A stretch of DNA of 64,000 bases from an uncultured Actinomycetes bacterium (lineage in GTDB: Bacteria > Actinomycetota > Thermoleophilia > Gaiellales > JAICJC01), in assembly GCA_963821535.1 (NCBI GenBank), contig CAWGEC010000003.1:273554-337553 (forward strand), read 5' to 3'. Each line of letters opens with the position of its first letter. The stretch's first letter is position 1. This document shows positions 45,913-54,115 of this stretch, one piece after another. A model generated the notes under the pieces. It was not told the DNA's origin, made no database searches, and was given only the letters and a program-made list of their open reading frames with translations. The position numbers and the translations under genes are program-made.

Positions 45913-46740
45913 GCCCCACCGTCGTCACGTTCCTGTCGGACTTCGGCACCGCGGACGACTTCGTCGGCATCTGCCACGGCGTCATCCTGCGCGCCTGTCC
46001 GGAGGCGCAGGTCGTCCACGTCACCCACGGGATCCGGGCGCAGGCGATCGGGCACGGCGCCCGCGTGCTCGCCGGCGCGATCCCCTACCTGCCCGTCGGC
46101 GTGCATCTCGCGGTCGTCGACCCGGGCGTCGGGTCCGGCCGCCACGCGATTGCGCTCCGGAGTGCGGACGGCCGCCTGTTCGTCGGCCCCGACAACGGCC
46201 TTCTGATCACGGCGGCCGAGGCGTGCGGGGGCATCGTCGAGGCGACACGAGATCTCGAATCCCGATGTGATGCTGCATCCGGTCTCGCGCACGTTCCACG
46301 CCCGCGACATCTTCTCGCCGGCGACGGGCCACCTCGCCGCCGGGATGCCGCTGGCCAACCTCGGGCCGGCGCTCGACCCGGCCGACCTCGTCCGCCGCGT
46401 CGGCATCGATCACGAGCTCGACGGCTCGCTGCTCACGGCCTCGGTGCAGCACGTCGACCGGTTCGGGAACATCCAGCTCGCGGTGTTCGCCTCGGAGCTC
46501 GACGGCCTGTTCGAGCCGGGCCGGCTCGCCGAGGTCGTCACCCCGGACGACCGCTACTACGTACGCTGCGCCGAGACGTTCGCCGACGTCGACGCCGGCG
46601 AGCTGGTCCTGTACAAGGATGCCTCGGGGCTCCTGTCGGTCGCCGTGAACCGGGGCAGCGCGGCCGAGCTCACCGCCACGGAGGCCGGCGACCACATCGG
46701 CGTCGAGTTCTCTCCCAGCCGGCACGGGCGAATTTCTTGA
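45909..46740 (+). pseudogene. SAM hydrolase / SAM-dependent halogenase family protein (DUF62), one frameshift
   Basis: MSPTVVTFLSDFGTADDFVGICHGVI...HLAVVDPGVGS...LFVGPDNGLL; switch at about 46255; SRTFHARDIFSPATGHLA...VDRFGNI...KDASGLLSVAVNRGSAAEL (ORF 46267..46740). Confidence 0.82.
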
Positions 46741-46775
46741 CCGGGCGGGCCCGGTGTGGTGGAATCCGGCGTAGT

Positions 46776-46823
46776 CGAACGGCCTCCGAGGAGCGGTAGC
46801 ACCGTCCCGGAGGCCGTTCGTTT
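46776..46823 (+). terminator. Rho-independent terminator after the 12-gene operon
   Basis: CGAACGGCCTCCG (46776-46788) / CGGAGGCCGTTCG (46808-46820), perfect 13-bp arms followed by TTT. Confidence 0.7.
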
Positions 46824-46832
46824 CCGCGCCGA

Positions 46833-46838
46833 TAGAAT
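46833..46838 (+). promoter_or_regulatory. -10 box TAGAAT for tRNA-Phe
   Basis: Near-consensus hexamer, 9 nt upstream of tRNA position 1. Confidence 0.5.
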
Positions 46839-46847
46839 CCCGGCCGC

Positions 46848-46920
46848 GGCGAGGTAGCTCAGTTGGTAGAGCACGCGACTGAAAATCGCGGTGTCGCTGG
46901 TTCGATCCCGGCCCTCGCCA
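46848..46920 (+). tRNA. tRNA-Phe (anticodon GAA), CCA not encoded
   Basis: Folded by hand. Acceptor GGCGAGG/CCTCGCC, D arm GCTC-AGTTGGTA-GAGC, anticodon arm CGCGA-CTGAAAA-TCGCG, T arm GCTGG-TTCGATC-CCGGC, discriminator A. 73 nt. Followed by TCT, not CCA. Confidence 0.93.
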
Positions 46921-46929
46921 TCTCGCAGG

Positions 46930-49385
46930 TCATCCTTCCCGGAGAGCCAGCTCGATCGCCTCCTCCAGCGTGAGGGTCGATCCGGCCGCGAACTCGGTGT
47001 CGAACTGCTGTCCGACGCGTTCGCGTGCAGACCGCAAGGTCGTCTCGAGGACTCGGCCCTCGAGTCGGGGATCGAGCTCGTGCCCGTGCTGATCGGCAAT
47101 GGCCTGGACGGCGGCCAGGAGCCTGGTCGCCGCGGCGGCATCGTCGTCCACGCGCAGGGCGGCCAGGAGAACGAGCGCCTCGACGATCGACGCGGTCGAG
47201 GTGAGAGCGACTGCGTCGGCGAGCGCCTTCTCCAGAATTGGCCGAGCCTCGGCATGTCGATCGCCGGCCAGCAGCGTGTAGCCGACGGAGATATCGGCGT
47301 TGGTCGCTTCCCATCGCCGCCCGAGCTTGCGGAAGAGCGCCGCCGCCTGCTCGAGCATCTCCCGGGCCGGGTCGAGGCGTCCCTCGTCCATGAACGTCAG
47401 GCCGCGCAGGTACGCAACCCAGCCGAGCCCAGCCTCGTTTCCGAGCTCGCGCGAGAGGCGCTCGCAGTCGTCGAGCAATTTCCTGCGCTCCGCGAGGTCA
47501 GGTTCGTCGAAGCTCAAGACGCGAAGCGCCCACTCGATCTGGCGCTTGTCGTCGCGTTCGCGCGCCAGGGCGAGGCTCTCGTGTGCGTGCCTCCGCGCGG
47601 CTTCGGTCTCACCGAGATTGGCAGCTGCGAGTGCGGCAGCACCCAGCGCGTCAGCTCGAAGGGCAGGGCTCACCTCGGCTGCGCGTTCGAGTGCGGACAC
47701 GAGCCATCCATGCAGTTCCCGCAGGTTCGCGTGTGTCCAGAGACACCAGAACGCATGAATGGCGAGACGAAGCTCACGGTGTATGTCCCCAGAGGAGACG
47801 AGCCACTCGCGTGCGCGGCGAAAGTTGTCGAGCTCCGAGTAGAGCCGGCGGGCTCGCTCCACGTCCTGATCTGGGGCCCCCCCGGTGGCCTCTTCTCCGA
47901 GAGCGATGAAGTAGTCGGCGTGCCGATCGGCGAGCACGTCCGTCCCGCCGTGCAGCTCGAGCTGCTCCGCTGCGTACTCCCTGAGCGTCTCGAGCATCCA
48001 GAGGCGCTCCCCTTGCCGCCGAAGCAGGCTCTTGTCGATCAGCGACTGGAAGGTGTCGATGTCGGCTTCACAGATCTCCTCAGCAGCCTCCAGCGTGGCG
48101 CCGCCGCGGAAGGCCGAGACGCGTTCGAACAGGAGCCGCTCATGCTCGCCGAGCAGGTCGTAGCTCCATTCGATCGTCGCCCGCAGCGTCTGTTGGCGCG
48201 GATCGACGCCGCGGACGGCCTTGAGCAGGTCGAGGCGTTCGGAGAGACGGGCGAGGAGCTGCTCGGGGAGAGGACCGCGACGCGGGTGGCCGCGAGCTCG
48301 AGGGTGAGGGGGAGGTTGTCGAGCTGAGAGCAGAGCCGGGCAACGATCGGGCTGGGCTCAAACCGAGGATCCGCCGCTCGCGCCCGCGCGGTGAAGAGCT
48401 CTGTCGCATCCCGGGGATCGAGCGGCGGCACCGGATACGCCTGCTCGCCGGGGATTCGCAGCAGCTCCCGGCTCGTCACGAGGAGTTGGAGGTTCGGGCA
48501 GACGGCGAGCAACCCGGCGAGCTCAGGTGCTGCATCGATCAGATGCTCGAAGTTGTCGAGGATGAGCAGGAGCCGACGGTCGGCGATGCGGTTGGCGAGA
48601 GTGTCCCTCGCCTCCAGCGCCTGGCCGGCCGCCTCGAGGAGGAGGCTCGGGTCGCGTAATGGAGCAAGTGCGGCCCAGAAGAGGCCGTCGGGGTACTCGT
48701 CGGACGCCTCCGCAGCCGCCTGGAGCGCGAGCCTGGTCTTGCCCGTGCCGGCCGGTCCCGTCAATGTCAGCAGGCGCGCGCCACGGCCCTTGAGCAGGGT
48801 CGTCACCTCCGCGAGCTCTCGTTGGCGCCCCAGGAACGGCGTTGCCGGAACCGGGAGGTTCGTCTGGTGCAGGCTCTTCAGGGGCCGGAAGGGCTCGTCG
48901 CCGAGCTGATAGATCCGCTCCGATGCCGCGAGGTCTTTGAGGCGGTGCTCGCCGAGATCGCGCAAGCTGCCGCCTTCGACCAGCGATGCCGTCGACGACG
49001 AGATGAGGATCTGCCCGCCGTGCCCGGCCGCCGCGATGCGGGCTGCCCGGTGGACGTCAGGTCCGACGTAGCCCTCATCGATGACATTCGGCGTCCCCGT
49101 GTGGATCCCCATGCGCACACGGATCGGGCCGGCAGCGAGCGCCTGCTGCGCTTCCGACGCGGCGGCGAGGGCAGCCGGCGCGGTGGAGAACGCGATAAAG
49201 AACGAGTCGCCCTGCGTATCGACTTCGACGCCGTCGTGGCGAGCGAACGCGCGCCGAAGTGCGCGGCGATGCTGGATCAGTGCGTTCGAGTAGCCATCGG
49301 CGCCCAGCTGGTTCAGGAGCCGTGTCGAGCCCTCGACGTCGGTGAAGAGGAACGTGACGGTTCCGGTCGGAAGCACGTGGGCCAT
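46930..49385 (-). pseudogene. Class III adenylate/guanylate cyclase domain + STAND/AAA NTPase + TPR-like repeat protein (about 818 aa), one frameshift
   Basis: ORF 48039..49385: GTVTFLFTDVEGSTRL...GDSFFIAF...IRVRMGIHTG...GPDVHRAARI (cyclase), then LTGPAGTGKTRLAL (Walker A)...LLILDNFEH (Walker B). Deletion in the GGGG run 48265-48268, then ORF 46930..47997 plus its in-frame upstream sequence (EQLLARLSERLDLLK...helical repeats). No C-terminal HTH seen. Confidence 0.85.
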
Positions 49386-49411
49386 GCCCTATTCAAGCGT
49401 GACGGCCGCGC

Positions 49412-50242
49412 CTACGCCGCGGCCACCATCCCGACGCCGGTCAGTGCGAGCGCGACCCCGAGCCACTGCGGCGAGGTGATCCGCTCGCCGAGGAAGGTGT
49501 GGGCCAGGATCACGGTGGCGACTGGGTACTCCGAGCCGAGCACCGAGACGACCGTGATGTAGCCGTGCTGGATCGCCACCGCGAAGAGCCCGTTGGCCGC
49601 GGTGTCGAGGAGGCCGATGAGGGCGACGGCGGGGATCTCCGGGCGCGGGATCGCGATCGAGCTGCGGGTGACGGCCACCCCGATGCCGAGGAGGGCCAGC
49701 GACCCGAAGCGTGCGCCGAGGAGCGCCGAGAGCGTGTGCCCGCCGTCGGCGGCCCGGCCGAGGAACCACAGGAACCCGCCGATCCCGAGCGCCGCGAGCA
49801 GCGCCAGCCCGATCGAGCTCCGCGCGGCGGGATGGTCGCCGCGGATCTCGTGCACCGACGCGAGCACCGCGCCCGCGAGCCCGACGGCCGAGCCCGCCAG
49901 GGCGAGGGCGCCCGGGCGTTCTCCCGTCGCCAGTGCGAGCCCGACCGGGACGAGGGCGCCGCACGCGCTCACCGGCGAGACGATGCTGATCGTGCCGGTG
50001 GCGAGCGCCCGGTAGAACGCCGAGAGCCCGATCGCGCCGCAGGCGCCCGACGCCAGCCCGATCGCGACCGGCCGCTCGTCCAGGCCGCCCATGAGCGCCA
50101 CGGCGACGAGGAGCGCGAGAAGCCCCGCGATCTGCGATCCGACCGTGACGGACGCGAGCGTCAGACGGCGCGTGTAGACGCCGCCGAGGAAGTCGGCTGT
50201 GCCCCAGACCAGGCTCGATGCGAGCCCCAAGGCGAGTCCCAT
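49412..50242 (-). CDS. EamA/DMT-family transporter
   Basis: 276-aa ORF with about 10 hydrophobic segments. LVWGTADFLGG...SIVSPVSA...LGERITSPQWLGVALALTGV, typical of two EamA repeats. Confidence 0.85.
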   Translation of the reverse strand: MGLALGLASSLVWGTADFLGGVYTRRLTLASVTVGSQIAGLLALLVAVALMGGLDERPVAIGLASGACGAIGLSAFYRALATGTISIVSPVSACGALVPVGLALATGERPGALALAGSAVGLAGAVLASVHEIRGDHPAARSSIGLALLAALGIGGFLWFLGRAADGGHTLSALLGARFGSLALLGIGVAVTRSSIAIPRPEIPAVALIGLLDTAANGLFAVAIQHGYITVVSVLGSEYPVATVILAHTFLGERITSPQWLGVALALTGVGMVAAA

Positions 50243-50268
50243 CGCGGCATCCTAGGATGCCGCAGTCG

Positions 50269-51300
50269 TCAGGCTGCCGCGCGGGTGGAGCGGCCGCGAA
50301 GGACGCGGGCGAGCGCCGCGACGGCCTCGGCGTCGTAGACCGTGCCCGAGCGCTGCTCGAGCTGCTCGATCGCCGTGTTGGGCTCGAGCCGGTTGCGATA
50401 CGGCCGGTCCTCGGTCATCGCCGTGTACGACTCGACGACGAGCAGGATGCGCGCCCCGGTCGGGATCTCGGCGCCGGCCAGCCCGTTGGGGTAGCCCGTC
50501 CCGTCGAGATGCTCGTGGTTCGCGCGGATGATCGCCCGGGCCGCGTCGAAGGCGGCCCCGGCTCCGAGCATCTCGGCCGAGCGCTGCGGATGGCTGCGCA
50601 CGATCGCCCACTCCTCGTCGGTGAGCGGGCCGAGCTTCGTGATGATCTCGTCGGGGACGGTCGCCATCCCCAGGTCGCGGAACTTGGCGGCGGTCGCGAG
50701 ATCCTTCAGCTCCTCGGCGGACATGCCCATCTCCTCGCCGACACGGCTCGCGAGGATCTCGATGGCGCTGTCCTCGACGTCGTCGTCCAGGTCGGGCGCC
50801 GCGGGTGCGGCGGTGGCAGGGGCCGGTGCGGCGCCGTCGCCCTCCGCGGCGATCCCGAGCCGCTGGAGCCGTCCGAGCACGAACGTGCACGGCACCCACT
50901 CGTGGTCGCGCTGGGCCACATATGCAAACCGCAGGACGCCGCCGCCGTCGACGACGAACACGCCGCCGCGGCGGCGCACGCGGCCGATCCCGCGCTCGAC
51001 AAGGCCGAGCGCCGCGAAGGCGTTTGCCGCCGGGTCGGTCATGCACAGCGCGAGCTCCTCGGCCTGGAGGGTCTGCGCGATGGCCGACTCCGACGGAGTC
51101 ACCACGACGAGCTGGGCGCCCGAGCCGCGAAGGCGGCGGCCCAGCTCGCGAAGCATGTCGAGCCGCGGACCCGGGTCGGGCTCTGCCTCGAGCAGGGCCA
51201 GCACAACGGGTGCGCCGGCGGCGAGCGCGCCCAGATCGATGGACGCGCCGCCGGCGGCGGTCAGGCGAAGCGGTTCGAGCGGTGCATCAAGCTGCGGCAT
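50269..51300 (-). CDS. Fusion protein: thioredoxin-fold (AhpC/TSA-like, no active-site Cys) N-terminal domain + degenerate HD-GYP domain
   Basis: ATG 51300. MPQLDAPLEPLRLTAAGGASIDLGALAAGAPVVLALL...VFVVDGGGVLRFAYV, then ...AAKFRDLGMATVPDEIITKLGPLTDEEWAIVRSHPQRSAEML...NHEHLDGTGYPNGLAGAEIPTGARILLVVESYTAM. GYP is intact, but LHDIGK reads FRDLGM and HHE reads NHE. Confidence 0.7.
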   Translation of the reverse strand: MPQLDAPLEPLRLTAAGGASIDLGALAAGAPVVLALLEAEPDPGPRLDMLRELGRRLRGSGAQLVVVTPSESAIAQTLQAEELALCMTDPAANAFAALGLVERGIGRVRRRGGVFVVDGGGVLRFAYVAQRDHEWVPCTFVLGRLQRLGIAAEGDGAAPAPATAAPAAPDLDDDVEDSAIEILASRVGEEMGMSAEELKDLATAAKFRDLGMATVPDEIITKLGPLTDEEWAIVRSHPQRSAEMLGAGAAFDAARAIIRANHEHLDGTGYPNGLAGAEIPTGARILLVVESYTAMTEDRPYRNRLEPNTAIEQLEQRSGTVYDAEAVAALARVLRGRSTRAAA

Positions 51301-51958
51301 CCGTCGCGTCCCGGACATCGTCGGCCTCAGGCTCGGCGGTCCGCTCCGGCTGCGCGGCGGCGTTCGACTCGATCGGATGGACGTCGGCGCTGGCGGCGAC
51401 GTCCGATGGGATGCCAAGCGTCGCGCGGGCGGACTCGAGCGACCCGAGCACCTGGGCCTGGACGCGTGCGGCCGCGGCCACCATCTCGTCGGCCTGGCTC
51501 TTCTTGTCCTCGGCGGCGGCGACGATGCGCGCAGCCTCCTGCTCGGCGTCGGCGCGAACCTGCGACGCGACGTCCTCGGCGCGGGCCTTGGCCTCCTCGA
51601 GGTGGGCGCGGGCGGCGTCGGCCGCCTCGTCGAGCAGGCGCTCACGCTCGCGATGGATCTCCTCGACCTCGAGCTCGGACGCGGAGCGAACCGCGGCCAG
51701 CTCGTTCTGGACGAAGGCGTCGAGCGCACCGATGGTGCGGTCGATCGCGCCGGTCAGGCCGTTGAGATCGGCCTCCGGGCGGGGAGCGGGAACCGGCGCC
51801 GGGGCCGGTGCGGAGACGGCGGGAGCCGCCTCGATGGAAATCGGCTGAGCCTCGAGCTGGTCCGCGAGGTCCGCGAGGAACCGGTCGACCTCTTCGGGGT
51901 TGTATCCCGTCGGGGTAAGCGTGAACGAGGCGTTACGGATGCTCGCCAGGTCGATCAT
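51287..51958 (-). CDS. DivIVA-domain protein
   Basis: MIDLASIRNASFTLTPTGYNPEEVDRFLADLADQL (DivIVA N-terminal signature), then Ala/Glu-rich coiled coil. SD AGGAGGG lies 8 nt upstream of the ATG. Confidence 0.85.
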   Translation of the reverse strand: MIDLASIRNASFTLTPTGYNPEEVDRFLADLADQLEAQPISIEAAPAVSAPAPAPVPAPRPEADLNGLTGAIDRTIGALDAFVQNELAAVRSASELEVEEIHRERERLLDEAADAARAHLEEAKARAEDVASQVRADAEQEAARIVAAAEDKKSQADEMVAAAARVQAQVLGSLESARATLGIPSDVAASADVHPIESNAAAQPERTAEPEADDVRDATDAAA

Positions 51959-52041
51959 TTGCGGAGCCCTCCTGAAGGCGCGAAGAAGCAGGACGTAGAA
52001 CGGGGGTTAAGTCCCCTTATCGGGCGATAGGGCCGACGGCT

Positions 52042-52932
52042 TTAGCCCCCAGGATGGGTGCCCGCGCGCCGCGGAGAGAGCTCCGAGATCACAATGGCGA
52101 CCAGGACCACGGCCGCGCCGACCGACGCCCGGGCCGAGAGCCGCTCCCCGAGCCAGATCGCCGCCGTAACCGCGGCGACCAGGGCCTCCGCCGCAAGGAG
52201 GATCGAGGCACGTACGGGGCTCAGCGATTGCTGCGCCATGACCTGCACCGAGAACGCGATTCCCGAGCCCAGAACGCCAGTGAGGATGAAGATCCACCAC
52301 AGCGACGCGACCTCCCCGGCCTCAGGCCCGGCCGGCACGGCGATCGCCGCAGTCAGCACCGCCGAGGCCGCCATCTGCGCGACCGCGAGCGGCACCGCCT
52401 GATACCGGTCGACCAGGACGTCCACGGCGATGATGTGGCAGGCGAAGGCCGCAGCGCTGGCGAGGACGACGACGTCGCCGGCGTGCAGCGTCCCGTCGCG
52501 GATCGAGAGCAGCGCAAGGCCGACGAGGGCGAGGCCGAGGCAGCCGACGTCGACCCGGTCGGGCGAATGCCGGCCGATCAGGGCGGCCCCGGCCGGAGCG
52601 AGGACCACGTAGAGGACGGTGATGAACCCCGCGTTCGTGGCGGTGGTGTGGTTGATGCCGACCGTCTGGAGGACGTACCCGGCGGTCATGAGCGCGCCGA
52701 GCACGGCACCGGCCGGGACGAGGCCCCGCGTCCACGCCGCGCGCGGCGGGCGCCACACGGCCGCGACGACGAGGATGGCGAGGAGTCCGAGCCCGCGGCT
52801 CCACGCCACGAACGCCCAGGGTGAGATGTCGCGGAGCGCCACCTTCGCCGCCGGGAACGTCGCGCCCCAGATGACCGGCGTCAGGAGGAGGAGCAGGCCC
52901 GCTGCGCGGGCCCGGGCGGCGCGATCGGGCAT
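52042..52932 (-). CDS. EamA/DMT-family transporter
   Basis: ORF 52042..52971. LLLTPVIWGATFPAAK...NAGFITVLYVVLAP...LGERLSARASVGAAVVLVAIV. Start is ATG 52932 or GTG 52971 (undecided). Confidence 0.85.
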   Translation of the reverse strand: MPDRAARARAAGLLLLLTPVIWGATFPAAKVALRDISPWAFVAWSRGLGLLAILVVAAVWRPPRAAWTRGLVPAGAVLGALMTAGYVLQTVGINHTTATNAGFITVLYVVLAPAGAALIGRHSPDRVDVGCLGLALVGLALLSIRDGTLHAGDVVVLASAAAFACHIIAVDVLVDRYQAVPLAVAQMAASAVLTAAIAVPAGPEAGEVASLWWIFILTGVLGSGIAFSVQVMAQQSLSPVRASILLAAEALVAAVTAAIWLGERLSARASVGAAVVLVAIVISELSPRRAGTHPGG

Positions 52933-53057
52933 CGCGGAATCATGCAGATGAGTGACTCCTGGTGCCCCCACGTCTGAACGTCCCGACGCGAATGGAGATC
53001 CCCGTGCTGGTGGGGCTGCGGCTGCGAACCGTCGCCTCGCGGCGTCCTCGGTCGCGC

Positions 53058-53077
53058 CGATATTTCAGCCAATATCG
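53058..53077. promoter_or_regulatory. AT-rich inverted repeat CGATATT-N6-AATATCG upstream of arginase
   Basis: Perfect 7-bp arms (53058-53064 / 53071-53077), 87 nt before the rocF GTG. The -10-like box TACGCT at 53148-53153 lies 10 nt before the start. Confidence 0.4.
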
Positions 53078-53163
53078 ACGCTCCCTGCGTCCTTGCGACG
53101 CTCGGTTCTCGCCGCTCAGAACGCGCGGGAACCAGGAGTCAATCATCTACGCTCCTGCGACCC

Positions 53164-54084
53164 GTGTCCGCACAACCCGAACCGAAGGCCCCGATCGCCG
53201 TCATCGGCGCCGCCCTCGACCTCGGGTCGGGCCGGCGCGGAGTCGACATGGGCCCGTCGGCCGTGCGCTATGCGCAGCTCGCTGAGCGGGTCGAGGCGCT
53301 GGGGTACGAGCTGGACGACCGGGGCAACGTCGGCGCCGGCATGGTGGAGGCGCTCGATGTGGGCGACCCGGCGGCCCGCTACTGGGATGCGATCAAGCGG
53401 ACGTGCGAGGAGCTCGCAGGCGAGGTCGAGGCGGCGACGCGCGCCGGGCGGATCCCGCTCGTCATCGGCGGCGACCACGCAATCGCCATCGGCACGCTCG
53501 GCGGCCTTGCGAACGCCCACGGCGCGCCGGGCGGGGTCATCTGGTTCGACGCCCACACCGACATCAACACTCCGGCGACCTCGCCGTCCGGGAACGTCCA
53601 CGGCATGCCGCTCGCGATCGCGCTCGGCCTGGCCGACGACGACCGCTTTCGAAGCGATCGCTGGCCGCTCCCGATGATCGACGAGGCGTCCACCGTGCTG
53701 ATCGGCGTCCGGTCGGTCGACGAGGGCGAACGGCGGCGGATGTCCGAGCTCGGCCTCAAGGTCTTCACGATGCACGACATCGACCGCTACGGCATGCACC
53801 GGGTGGTCGAGGAGGCGATCGAGATCACGGCCGCGAGCCCGTTCGTGCACATCTCCTTCGACATGGACGTCGTCGACCCCGACCAGGCGCCCGGCGTCGG
53901 GACGCCCGTCCGGGGCGGGATCACCTACCGCGAGGCCCACCTGGCGATGGAGCTCGTCGCGAAGCACGGGATCCTCACGTCGCTCGAGCTGGTCGAGGTG
54001 AACCCGGTGCTCGACGAGCACAACGAGACCGCGAGCCTGGCCGTCGAGCTGACCTGCTCGGCGCTGGGCGCCCGGATCCTGTGA
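53164..54084 (+). CDS. rocF: Arginase RocF
   Basis: 306-aa ORF (GTG). IGAALDLGSGRRGVDMGP...LVIGGDHAIAIGT...WFDAHTDINTP...GNVHGMPL...HISFDMDVVDP...GGITYREAH...LELVEVNP. All arginase metal motifs present. Confidence 0.92.
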   Translation: MSAQPEPKAPIAVIGAALDLGSGRRGVDMGPSAVRYAQLAERVEALGYELDDRGNVGAGMVEALDVGDPAARYWDAIKRTCEELAGEVEAATRAGRIPLVIGGDHAIAIGTLGGLANAHGAPGGVIWFDAHTDINTPATSPSGNVHGMPLAIALGLADDDRFRSDRWPLPMIDEASTVLIGVRSVDEGERRRMSELGLKVFTMHDIDRYGMHRVVEEAIEITAASPFVHISFDMDVVDPDQAPGVGTPVRGGITYREAHLAMELVAKHGILTSLELVEVNPVLDEHNETASLAVELTCSALGARIL

Positions 54085-54113
54085 AACACTGGTACCTGGT
54101 ACAGGTGTTTCAC
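54081..54113. terminator. Hairpin filling the gap between convergent rocF and rarA
   Basis: GTGAAACAC (54081-54089) / GTGTTTCAC (54105-54113), perfect 9-bp arms. The loop TGGTACCTGGTACAG carries a tandem TGGTAC and a GGTACC palindrome. Overlaps the rocF stop. Confidence 0.55.
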
Positions 54114-54115
54114 GC

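Noticed and set aside
46921-49411. An integrated mobile element or genomic island at tRNA-Phe.
   Set aside because: No integrase, transposase or phage gene is present, and I could not find a direct repeat of the tRNA 3' end. Only a single compositionally slightly different gene sits there, so I report it as a lead, not as a mobile element.
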